Positions 9,567 through 18,367 of a DNA stretch of 64,000 bases are shown here, piece by piece. A program made the position numbers and the translations under genes. The stretch lies in assembly GCA_041671365.1 (NCBI GenBank), contig JBAZBP010000003.1, forward strand, positions 34,017 through 98,016. The letters run 5' to 3'. The notes beneath the pieces are model-generated. The model made no database searches. It had not been told where the DNA came from and saw only the letters and a list, made by a program, of their open reading frames with translations. Source of the stretch: Patescibacteria group bacterium (GTDB lineage Bacteria > Patescibacteriota > Patescibacteriia > Patescibacteriales > UBA12465). Each line of letters starts with the position of its first letter. Position 1 is the stretch's first letter.

Positions 9567-10412
9567 ATGGCTATTAAAAATGTCGAAAAAAAATTAATTA
9601 ATGACCCCGCGCTTTTTAAGGGGCAAAAAATTCGGCGCGTTATTTTTAATAATGAATGGTGGTTTTCGGTGGTTGATGTTTGCGGGGTATTAACTAATAG
9701 TTCTGATGCCGGCGCTTATTGGCGTAAATTGAAACAAAGGTTAAAGGACGAAGCCAATGAAGCCGTGACATTTTGTCACGGGTTGAAATTAGAAGCTCCG
9801 GATGGGAAAATGCATGAAACCGACTGTGCTAATACCGAGGGCATATTTCGCATTATTCAATCTGTTCCGTCGCCTAAAGCGGAACCTTTCAAGCGTTGGC
9901 TGGCGAAAGTGGGTTATGAACGCGTCCAGGAAATTGCCGACCCAGAACTGGCTACTAAAAGAACAAGAAAACTTTATAAATTAAAGGGTTATAGCGATTC
10001 TTGGATTGAGAAGCGGATGCGCGGTATCGCTATTCGGGAAGAATTGACTGATGAATGGAAAAATAGAGGGGCGCGAGAAAAAAAAGATTATGAAATTTTA
10101 ATGGCTGAAATATCAAAAGCAACTTTTGGCTTAACGCCGACCCAATATAAAAAAGTTAAAGGTTTAGAAAAAGAAAATTTGCGCGATCATATGGACGATC
10201 TCGAACTTATTTTTAACATGTTGGGTGAACGGTCCACTACCGAAATTCATCGAGTTGAAAATTCGCAGGGCTTCAGCAAATTAAAAGACGACTCTAATGC
10301 GGGTGGCGATATTGCCGGAGATGCCCGAAAAAATTTAGAGAAGCGTCTTAAGCGGTCGGTTATAAATAAAAGAAATTTTTTAACGAATCAGGAGAATAAA
10401 AAAAATCTTTAA
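9567..10412 (+). CDS. BRO-N domain DNA-binding protein (prophage antirepressor-like)
   Basis: The N-terminus FKGQKIRRVIFNNEWWFSVVDVCGVLTNSSDAGAYWRKLKQRL matches the BRO-N pattern (phage/virus-associated DNA-binding domain). It is preceded by its own AT-rich upstream region after a terminator. Confidence 0.6.
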   Translation: MAIKNVEKKLINDPALFKGQKIRRVIFNNEWWFSVVDVCGVLTNSSDAGAYWRKLKQRLKDEANEAVTFCHGLKLEAPDGKMHETDCANTEGIFRIIQSVPSPKAEPFKRWLAKVGYERVQEIADPELATKRTRKLYKLKGYSDSWIEKRMRGIAIREELTDEWKNRGAREKKDYEILMAEISKATFGLTPTQYKKVKGLEKENLRDHMDDLELIFNMLGERSTTEIHRVENSQGFSKLKDDSNAGGDIAGDARKNLEKRLKRSVINKRNFLTNQENKKNL

Positions 10413-10420
10413 CTTAATCC

Positions 10421-11746
10421 CTATCTCCCCCCTCGCGACATCATCGTCGCCAGCGTTTTTAGAGTAATCGAGATATCTAAATAAATTGAGCGATGACGAA
10501 GATAATATAAATCGTACTGTAATTTTTCTAAACTGTCTTCCAGGGAGGGGGAATGATAATGGCCGGAGATTTGATCCCAGCCGGTTAAGCCCGGTTTAAT
10601 TAAGAGCCGGGTTTTATAAAAGGGAATTTGTTTTTCCAGTTCGGCAATAATTTCCGGTCGTTCCGGGCGCGGTCCGATAAAACTCATTTCACCTTTTAGA
10701 ATATTAAGGACTTGGGGAATTTCGTCCAGGCGGGTGCGGCGCAGAAACGAGCCGAAACGGGTAATCCGTTTATCGCCTTCGAGCGTTAGGGAACGATCGT
10801 TGTTTTCTTCCCGCATAGTTCGGAATTTTAGAATATTAAAAATTTTTTCATTTTTTCCGCTGCGCGCTTGGCGGAAAAAAACCGAGCCGCGGCTTGTGAG
10901 TTTTATAATCCCGGCGATTAGCGGCCAAACGGGCAGAGAAATAATGAGAATAATCAGAGCGAGTAAAAAATCCAGTAATTGTTTAATAAAATTAAAATAA
11001 TTTTTTTGGCCTTCCTGTAAATTTTTTAAGAACCAATTCTGGTCAATCGCTTCAACCGGTATTTTACCGGTAATAAGTTCATAGAAGTCGGGATAGTTAA
11101 AAAAATTAATATTATAAGCTAAACAATTAAAGAGAGTGTCGCTTAAATCCGCGCCCAGTCCAAAATCATCACAGACAACTATTGTATGGATATTTTTATT
11201 TTTTATATTTTCGACCAGAGACGCAATTTCCTCTTCGGATTTAAAAATTAAAGCGGTTTGATAACCGGCGCCGGGATTATTTTGCAGTTCGGCTAAGAGT
11301 TTTTCGGTTTTGGCGTTAAAGCCGATAAGCGCCAGATTTTCTTTAAGCTTAGAGGAGTGAATTATCGCTTGAAAGGCGGCGCGAAATATAAAGAATATAA
11401 CTAGAAAAATAACGCTAAAAATGGCTAAATTAGTTTTTGGAGTGATAGTCGAAGAAACTTTTAGATAAAAATAGATAATCGCCAGTAAGCTGCTAACGAT
11501 AGTCGTATTACTCAAACGTCCGAGAAATTGACGGCTGGCCACTTTTAGATTTAAGTTATAAAGATCATTAATATATAAAATTAAAAGCCAAATAATAAAA
11601 ACAGGTAAAAAATTAAACCAGTGGTTTTGCCAATTATTAGCCCAAAGTGCCTGTGGATAACGAATAATTAAGGTTAATAATAAGGCCAAATGCAAACCGG
11701 TCAGATCACCGAGAAAAAGGATAAATTTTTTCCAAGAGTTAAACAT
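10421..11746 (-). CDS. Polyprenyl-phosphate glycosyl-1-phosphate transferase (WbaP/exopolysaccharide priming sugar transferase family)
   Basis: Several N-terminal TM helices are followed by the C-terminal catalytic domain, FRQARSGKNEKIFNILKFRTM...DEIPQVLNILKGEMSFIGPRPERPE. This is the bacterial sugar transferase signature. Confidence 0.85.
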   Translation of the reverse strand: MFNSWKKFILFLGDLTGLHLALLLTLIIRYPQALWANNWQNHWFNFLPVFIIWLLILYINDLYNLNLKVASRQFLGRLSNTTIVSSLLAIIYFYLKVSSTITPKTNLAIFSVIFLVIFFIFRAAFQAIIHSSKLKENLALIGFNAKTEKLLAELQNNPGAGYQTALIFKSEEEIASLVENIKNKNIHTIVVCDDFGLGADLSDTLFNCLAYNINFFNYPDFYELITGKIPVEAIDQNWFLKNLQEGQKNYFNFIKQLLDFLLALIILIISLPVWPLIAGIIKLTSRGSVFFRQARSGKNEKIFNILKFRTMREENNDRSLTLEGDKRITRFGSFLRRTRLDEIPQVLNILKGEMSFIGPRPERPEIIAELEKQIPFYKTRLLIKPGLTGWDQISGHYHSPSLEDSLEKLQYDLYYLRHRSIYLDISITLKTLATMMSRGGR

Positions 11747-11841
11747 AATAGATAAATATATAATCTATGTTTAATATAACAGCTTAAGTCTTAAAAATCA
11801 ATAAACTATGCAGAAAAATCGGTTTGTTATTTTAAAAAATA

Positions 11842-11850
11842 TGCTATAAT
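11842..11850 (+). promoter_or_regulatory. Candidate extended -10 promoter (TGcTATAAT) for the 857-aa secreted protein gene
   Basis: TGCTATAAT lies 62 nt upstream of the ATG at 11912 in a divergent intergenic region. No strong -35 element was seen. Confidence 0.3.
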
Positions 11851-11911
11851 AAAATTAAAGCTCGGAGTGCTGGTTGCCCGTGCTATTATTAGACTAAATA
11901 GTTAAATTATT

Positions 11912-14485
11912 ATGTTGATTTTAAAACGTTTTTATTTTTATCTGTTTTTTGTTTTGTTGCTTTCGGGTGCCGTTTTGTTAGGATTGCCGGCTCGAGCGGC
12001 CGAAGAGACTTGCAAACTTAATAATAAGGTAAATTTTACGGCGCGTGATCCGAACGGTACCTATATTCTTAATGCTCGGGTTGATGTTTATAAGCAGGCG
12101 CCGGATGCCGATGGAAATCCGCGGCCGGGAACGAAAGTGGGCGGAGCCACCATCAACACTTTAACCGGTATTGCGCCGGTCAGCTGGCGTAATTCAGCCA
12201 TGGCTGATACTTACGCGATCCGCGTCCAGAATGTCAGTAATGATGATGCTAGTTTTTGGTATTATGGTTTTAATTGGTCTTGCGGCGAAGAGATTTCTTT
12301 AGAGGAAACTCTCAGCGGTTTAAGTCTTGATTTGCGCGACGAGGAAAATAATATTTTAAGTAACGTGACTTTTAAGATTTATACTCAGCTTTATGACGAA
12401 AATGGATCAACTAAACCGATAAAAAATAAATTATTAGGCAGTTTTAATTCCGGTTCTTCCGGCAAAGCCTCTATTTATTTGCCTCAAGGCAGTGTGCGCG
12501 GTCTGGCTCAAATTAGAAGTGATTATTATGTTTTGGAAGTGAATAGCGGCGGTAAAAGTTTTTATCTCTATGATATACACATGACCGATGGCCAGATGAA
12601 TAATATCCAGTATTCTTTAAGCGCCGTTAAACTGTATCTTAAAGAATTTGACGGTCGTAATGCCATCGGTAAGAAGGTTGAGGTTTATAAGCAAGAAAGC
12701 GATATAAATTTTAATTACAGTAAGGGCGTAAAAATCGGCGATATTACGATTGGCTCTAATGGTTATGGCGTGCTAGTGATGCCGGCCGGTGAATATGTTT
12801 TTTCCTATAAAGATGATGCCGGAAAGATTCATGATTTTTGGAGTCGTAGTGTTTTAAACGATGAAGTCAATAATCAGAGTCTGACTTTAGAAGAAGGTAT
12901 TTCCGTGGGTGCTTGTCCTGATAATTTAGATTTTACTTTAATCGCTAAAGATATTACCGGCGGATCGGTGCCGGGTTTAAAGTTTGAAATTTATGAACAG
13001 GTAGTTAATGCTAACGGTCTGCCTTTAGCCGGAACTAAATTAGGGGGCGGAACAATTGCCGGTAACGGTAAAGCGGTTGTCAGCCTTAAACCGGATCCTA
13101 AAAAGTTATACGCTTTAAAGATTTGGGATAAGCGTGCGGATCTGGGTGAATTCTGGTTTTTTGACGCGATTAAATTCGTTTGCGGTTATAATCGCCAAGT
13201 GATTAAAAATTTACCGTCCTTAAGGGTTATTATTCGCGACGCCGCCGGTAATCTTCAAAAAAATAAATCTTTTTCGGTACTGGCTCAGCAATATGATGTT
13301 GATCACAACCCTATCGTGGCCGATAATGGATTAATTGCCGATTTAAAAACCGACGGTCAGGGCCAGGCCGTGATTTATGTTTCCCCCGGTAATCCTTATC
13401 AAACCAATCAGACCGGTTCTTATATTGTCCGCGTTAAAGACGCCGGCGGGTCTACTCATGATTTTTCTAATATTAATATTTCGGCGGATAAAAATTATTC
13501 TTTAGTGGCTGATTTAAGCGGTTTAAGCGGAACTTTGCAGGATGCCGGCGGCCATCTTTTAGCAGACAAGAGTTTAAAATTATATAGCTTTAGCGGCACG
13601 GGATCCGAGCGCCGACTCGGTTCGGTTCTATTAACCGTTAAAACCGGTAGTAAGGGTAGTTTTAGTTTTGAATATGCCGATGGCACTTATGCTCTGGGTG
13701 TTACGGACGAATATAATCAGGAAAATATTTTTTGGGATGCGACGATTAAATCGGGAGCGGCCAAACAAAAATTTGTTTTTAATTTAACGGAATTTGTTTT
13801 ATCCGGTTTGGATGTATCCGTTAAATCGCCGTCTCTCAAGCTTTTTGCCTTGGCGGCTAACAGTAATGGCACATATGTGCGCGGTCGGGATCTTGGTTCT
13901 ATATCTTTAAAGAACGGTCTGGCCTCTAAATATCTGGCGGTCGGACAATATCTGGCTGTATATCAAGGGGTCAAAGATAAAGAATACGGTTTAGCTTTTT
14001 ATGTTACAAATGGGTCTAAATTCCGGGTTAGTATCGGTCTTTCTTCGAAATATTTAGTTAGTTCCGATCAGTCGTTTAGCTTGCAGTCAGCCCCTGCTAA
14101 TGACAATCAGTCTCTCAGTTCCGGTCTTAAGGGTCGAATTTTATTGCAAGTTGAAGATAAAGGTCAGGCCTGGTATGTTAATCCGACGGACGGAAAAAAA
14201 TATGCGCTCGGCCGTCCGCAAGACGCTTTTAATTTGATGCGCCGTTTTGCCTTAGGAATTTCCAATAGTAATTTTGCGGCGATTGAAAATAATCCTTCCG
14301 CTTGGCGGCGTTTAGCCGGCAAAATTTTGTTAAAAACCCAAGATAGTGGCCGAGCTTATTATTTTGATCCGGTTAACTTACAGCTCTATTCTCTCGGCCG
14401 GCCGACGGATGCTTTCCAAATTATGCGTCTGCGGGGTTTGGGAATTACAAATAATAATTTAGGGGTTATTGATAGCGGGAATTAG
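11912..14485 (+). CDS. Large secreted modular protein (Ig/prealbumin-like repeats, C-terminal tandem repeat domain)
   Basis: The signal peptide is MLILKRFYFYLFFVLLLSGAVLLGLPARAAEE. There are repeated ~90-100 aa beta-rich modules and two C-terminal ~55-aa repeats. I recognise no catalytic motif. Confidence 0.6.
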   Translation: MLILKRFYFYLFFVLLLSGAVLLGLPARAAEETCKLNNKVNFTARDPNGTYILNARVDVYKQAPDADGNPRPGTKVGGATINTLTGIAPVSWRNSAMADTYAIRVQNVSNDDASFWYYGFNWSCGEEISLEETLSGLSLDLRDEENNILSNVTFKIYTQLYDENGSTKPIKNKLLGSFNSGSSGKASIYLPQGSVRGLAQIRSDYYVLEVNSGGKSFYLYDIHMTDGQMNNIQYSLSAVKLYLKEFDGRNAIGKKVEVYKQESDINFNYSKGVKIGDITIGSNGYGVLVMPAGEYVFSYKDDAGKIHDFWSRSVLNDEVNNQSLTLEEGISVGACPDNLDFTLIAKDITGGSVPGLKFEIYEQVVNANGLPLAGTKLGGGTIAGNGKAVVSLKPDPKKLYALKIWDKRADLGEFWFFDAIKFVCGYNRQVIKNLPSLRVIIRDAAGNLQKNKSFSVLAQQYDVDHNPIVADNGLIADLKTDGQGQAVIYVSPGNPYQTNQTGSYIVRVKDAGGSTHDFSNINISADKNYSLVADLSGLSGTLQDAGGHLLADKSLKLYSFSGTGSERRLGSVLLTVKTGSKGSFSFEYADGTYALGVTDEYNQENIFWDATIKSGAAKQKFVFNLTEFVLSGLDVSVKSPSLKLFALAANSNGTYVRGRDLGSISLKNGLASKYLAVGQYLAVYQGVKDKEYGLAFYVTNGSKFRVSIGLSSKYLVSSDQSFSLQSAPANDNQSLSSGLKGRILLQVEDKGQAWYVNPTDGKKYALGRPQDAFNLMRRFALGISNSNFAAIENNPSAWRRLAGKILLKTQDSGRAYYFDPVNLQLYSLGRPTDAFQIMRLRGLGITNNNLGVIDSGN

Positions 14486-14500
14486 ATTATCTTTAAATTT

Positions 14501-15484
14501 ATGGCTAAAACCGCGGAATATGTTTGGCCGGAAATTGGCAATCAGGGAGTGATTGAATTTTTAGAGCGCAGTTTGCGCAGTGATAAAGTCGCGCAAACTT
14601 ATATTTTTGCCGGTTTAGGCGATTTAGGAAAATTTACCATGGCTCTGGCTTTTGCCCGCAGCTTGCAAGGTAACACCGAGGGATTCAATAGTGATTTACA
14701 TATCTTAGAGCTCGCCGAAGGGCAAAAAAGCATTTCTATTGAAGCCACCAGACAGTTTATTAAAACTTTAAATTTGAGTTCTTTCTTAAATTCCTATAAG
14801 ATAGGGATTGTCAAAGAAGCGGATTTGCTTAGCGCCGAAGCGAAAAGTGCGTTGTTAAAAACCTTAGAAGAACCGCAAGATAAGGTTATTATTATCCTTT
14901 TGGCCACCGATGAAAATAATTTACCGGCTACGATTTTGTCTCGGGCGCAAGTTCTTTATTTTTATCCGGTACCGCCGGTGGTAATTTATGATTATTTAAT
15001 CGCTACTTACGGCACAAATCGTTCGTTCGCTAAAGATTTGGCGAATTTAGCTTTAGGACGTCCGCTCTTAGCTCTAAAATTATTGGATAAACCCGAGGAA
15101 TATCGAGCTTACTTAGAAATGGCGGAAACCTGGTTAACTTTACCGGCTCAAGATATCAATGCCCGCCTATTAGCCTTGGATTATATTTTTAAAGATAAAA
15201 CTTGGAGTAAGCAAGCCGTCGATTCGGCCGGAGCCATATTATTTATGGCCGAGGGCCTAGCGCGTGATTTATTATTGTTAAGTTTAGGACAACAGGAACG
15301 CTTACAACATTCCGCTTTAGTGCCGTCGTTACAAAAAACTTTATTATTTTTAAATGAAGAGAGCGGCCAGGATAGCGTGCCTTTAATTTTACGACAACTA
15401 AAATTAATCGCTCAAGCTAAAGAATATTTGGCCGCTAACGTTAATCCTCGTTTAATTTTAGAACAAGTAGTCGTTAATTTTTAA
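14501..15484 (+). CDS. holB: DNA polymerase III subunit delta prime
   Basis: A degenerate P-loop AQTYIFAGLGDLGKFTMALAFA, the LKTLEEP box and the ATILSRAQ (SRC-like) motif are typical of clamp-loader delta prime. Confidence 0.75.
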   Translation: MAKTAEYVWPEIGNQGVIEFLERSLRSDKVAQTYIFAGLGDLGKFTMALAFARSLQGNTEGFNSDLHILELAEGQKSISIEATRQFIKTLNLSSFLNSYKIGIVKEADLLSAEAKSALLKTLEEPQDKVIIILLATDENNLPATILSRAQVLYFYPVPPVVIYDYLIATYGTNRSFAKDLANLALGRPLLALKLLDKPEEYRAYLEMAETWLTLPAQDINARLLALDYIFKDKTWSKQAVDSAGAILFMAEGLARDLLLLSLGQQERLQHSALVPSLQKTLLFLNEESGQDSVPLILRQLKLIAQAKEYLAANVNPRLILEQVVVNF

Positions 15485-15494
15485 TTAAACTTTT

Positions 15495-16613
15495 ATGTCG
15501 ATAAAAAACTTAAAGTTATTAATAATCCTTTTGGCCTTAATGTTATTGACGTCTGCCTGTTCGGTGGCCACTTTTAATAATGCCGGCAGCCCTGTTGTTA
15601 ATAATAGTAGTGTATTTTTCTCGGCGAATGGTGGAGGGAATTGGCGCCCAATGAACGCCGTACCCATGGTAAACGGTCAGTCTTCCAGCCTTAACGGTCT
15701 AGATGTTAACGTTATGCGTTTAGATCCGGAAGATAGTTCGGCGGTTTATTTGGCTAGTGTCGGTAACGGCCTGTATTATACTTATAATATTGTTAACGGC
15801 TGGAATCAAGTTGGCGGCTTGCCGCTCTCGACTATTAACGATGTTCAAGTCGATCCGCAGAATAAATGCGTTCTTTACGCGGCTCTGGCTAATAGCCTGT
15901 ACCGTTCGGCGGATTGCGCCAGAACTTGGGTGCAAATTTATTCCGATAGCAGCGCCAGCATTAGTCTTAATACTATTGCGATTGATCATGTCAATTCTCG
16001 TAATGTTTATATCGGTAATTCGCGCGGTGATATTATAAAAAGTATCGACGCCGGCGGTTCTTGGCGGACGATTAATCGTCTGGATAATGGCATTGCCCGG
16101 CTAATTATTTCGCCTCTGGATAGCAGTTCGTTATTTGTGGCAACGGTAAAAAATAAAATTTTCAGTTTTAATTCTAATAGCCTAACCGATACCGGCGACG
16201 CGACTAACATCGATCAAAACTTTTCCGTGAATAATTGGACCGATTTAAATGTTGTTTTGGAAGATTATAAATTGGGAGCGAATTTTAGAGATATTATTGT
16301 CAGCCCTAAGGATGGTACGATTTTTTTAGCGACCGATAAATTAATTTTGCGTTCGCCCGATAAGGGTATAACCTGGGAAAATATTAAATTGATTCCTTCG
16401 ACTGCCGATACCGCTATTAATGCGGTGGCGGTTAATCCGCAAAATTCCGCCGATATTTATTATGTCAGCAGTACCATCTTTTTTCATTCCATCGACGGCG
16501 GAGTAACTTGGAAGACCCAGAGTCTGCCGGCCGGACGTCTCGGAAAAACCCTGATCATCGATTTTAAAAATCCTAATAATATTTATTTGGGAACCATAAA
16601 ATTAAATAAATAA
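15495..16613 (+). CDS. Secreted lipoprotein with BNR/Asp-box repeats (beta-propeller, Ycf48/sialidase-like fold)
   Basis: The lipobox-like signal is LALMLLTSAC. Repeated S-x-D-x-G-x-T/S-W motifs are present (SANGGGNW, SADCARTW, SIDAGGSW, SPDKGITW, SIDGGVTW). Confidence 0.65.
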   Translation: MSIKNLKLLIILLALMLLTSACSVATFNNAGSPVVNNSSVFFSANGGGNWRPMNAVPMVNGQSSSLNGLDVNVMRLDPEDSSAVYLASVGNGLYYTYNIVNGWNQVGGLPLSTINDVQVDPQNKCVLYAALANSLYRSADCARTWVQIYSDSSASISLNTIAIDHVNSRNVYIGNSRGDIIKSIDAGGSWRTINRLDNGIARLIISPLDSSSLFVATVKNKIFSFNSNSLTDTGDATNIDQNFSVNNWTDLNVVLEDYKLGANFRDIIVSPKDGTIFLATDKLILRSPDKGITWENIKLIPSTADTAINAVAVNPQNSADIYYVSSTIFFHSIDGGVTWKTQSLPAGRLGKTLIIDFKNPNNIYLGTIKLNK

Positions 16614-16623
16614 TTAAAATAAT

Positions 16624-17178
16624 ATGAATCAATATTTACAGGCCAAACAGACGGACTTTGCCAATGCTCTGGATTTTTTTAAAAAAGAAATCGGTAATCT
16701 GCGTACCGGTCGGGTTAATCCGGCCGTGCTCGACAACGTTCAGGTCGAAGCTTACGGAATTCTTAATCCGCTAAACGCTGTCAGCAATATTGCCGTCAGC
16801 GATTCGCGCAGCATTTTAATCGCCCCTTGGGACAAAGGAGTAATTAAAAGTATAGAAAAAGCGATAATTGAAGCGAATTTAGGTTTAGGAGTGGTTAACG
16901 AGGGCGATAAAATTCGTTTGACGGTCGCGCCTTTAACCGAAGAAAATCGTAAAGAGCTGGTCAAGAAATTAAACGAAAGAATGGAAAAGGTGCGGATTAT
17001 TTTGCGCGGTGCCCGCGATAATATTAAAAATACGATTGAAAAAGCTTTTGCCGAAAAAGAGATTAGTGAAGATGATAAGTTCCGATTTATCAAAGAGTTG
17101 GACGAGCACTCCGCTCAAAAAAATGAAGAATTGAAAAACGTTCGTGATCGCAAAGAGAAAGATATTATGGAAATTTAA
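16624..17178 (+). CDS. frr: Ribosome recycling factor
   Basis: 184 aa. LRTGRVNPAVLDNVQVEAYG...PLTEENRKELVK is a full-length RRF pattern. Confidence 0.95.
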   Translation: MNQYLQAKQTDFANALDFFKKEIGNLRTGRVNPAVLDNVQVEAYGILNPLNAVSNIAVSDSRSILIAPWDKGVIKSIEKAIIEANLGLGVVNEGDKIRLTVAPLTEENRKELVKKLNERMEKVRIILRGARDNIKNTIEKAFAEKEISEDDKFRFIKELDEHSAQKNEELKNVRDRKEKDIMEI

Positions 17179-17195
17179 AATCTAATCTATTTTTT

Positions 17196-18356
17196 ATGTT
17201 GCTAACCCTGGTTATATTTATTTTAGTTCTGTCGGTTCTGGTTTTTGCCCATGAATTCGGTCATTTTTTTACCGCGCGACGTTTCGGCGTTAAAGCGGAA
17301 GAATTTGGTTTCGGTTTTCCGCCGCGGGCGATCGGTTGGTATAAAAATCGTTATGGGCACTGGCGCCGCATTATTGGCGATCGAAGCGTGGAAAGTTTAA
17401 CGGCTAGCGAAGATGAAAATTTACATCCGGCCAGCCACGCCACGATTTATTCTTTAAATTGGTTGCCGATTGGCGGTTTTGTTAAAATTAAGGGTGAGAA
17501 TGGAGAGGGAAAAAATGACGATGATAGTTTCGCGGCTAAAAGCATCTGGAAACGAATTATAATTTTAGCGGCCGGAGTTATCATGAATATTATTTTGGCT
17601 TGGTTTTTATTTTCTCTCGGTTATTTAATCGGTTTACCGCAATCGACCGATACTGTTGGCAGTAATGCTCGAATTAGTGAATCGCAGGTTATTGTCGCTC
17701 AGGTTATGGCTAACTCAGCCGCTCTGCAAGCTGGACTTAAAGAAGGTGATATAATTAAGCGTATTAACTCTATAGATATTAGTACCGAGAAATCTTTGCA
17801 GGATACAATAGCGGCTAACGCCAACCGGGAAATTAATTTGGTGATTAAACGCGGTGAGGCCGAACAAACCGTTAAAGTTACGCCGGTATCTAAAGACGGC
17901 GGCCGCGCGACTATCGGTGTCGGAATTTTTTCTTCCGGCTTGGTCAGTTATCCTTTTTTCTCCGCTCTCTGGGAAGGGGTAAAAACGGAAGTCTGGGTTA
18001 TCGGTCAGATTTTTACTTCTCTGGGCGGTTTATTTTCAGAGATTTTTCACGGCAAAAATGTTAGCGACCAATTCGCCGGTCCGATTGGTATCGCCAATAT
18101 TACCGGTCAGGCCGCGCGTCTCGGTTTTACCTATTTATTGCAGTTTACGGCGCTGTTATCTTTGAATTTAGCAGTAATTAACATTTTACCGTTTCCGGCA
18201 CTGGACGGCGGCCGTATTTTATTTCTGTTGATTGAAAAAGCTAAAGGTAAGCCGGTGCGCCAGGAACTCGAGGCTTTAATCCATAATATTGGTTTTCTCT
18301 TGCTGATTGCTTTAGTTTTGTTTATTACTTATAAAGATATAGTTAAGTTATTTTAA
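17196..18356 (+). CDS. rseP: RIP metalloprotease RseP (site-2 protease, M50 family, with PDZ domain)
   Basis: HEFGHFFTARRFG (HExxH in TM1), a central PDZ-like segment, and NLAVINILPFPALDGGRI (the LDG motif). Confidence 0.9.
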   Translation: MLLTLVIFILVLSVLVFAHEFGHFFTARRFGVKAEEFGFGFPPRAIGWYKNRYGHWRRIIGDRSVESLTASEDENLHPASHATIYSLNWLPIGGFVKIKGENGEGKNDDDSFAAKSIWKRIIILAAGVIMNIILAWFLFSLGYLIGLPQSTDTVGSNARISESQVIVAQVMANSAALQAGLKEGDIIKRINSIDISTEKSLQDTIAANANREINLVIKRGEAEQTVKVTPVSKDGGRATIGVGIFSSGLVSYPFFSALWEGVKTEVWVIGQIFTSLGGLFSEIFHGKNVSDQFAGPIGIANITGQAARLGFTYLLQFTALLSLNLAVINILPFPALDGGRILFLLIEKAKGKPVRQELEALIHNIGFLLLIALVLFITYKDIVKLF

Positions 18357-18367
18357 GTAAATTTTAT

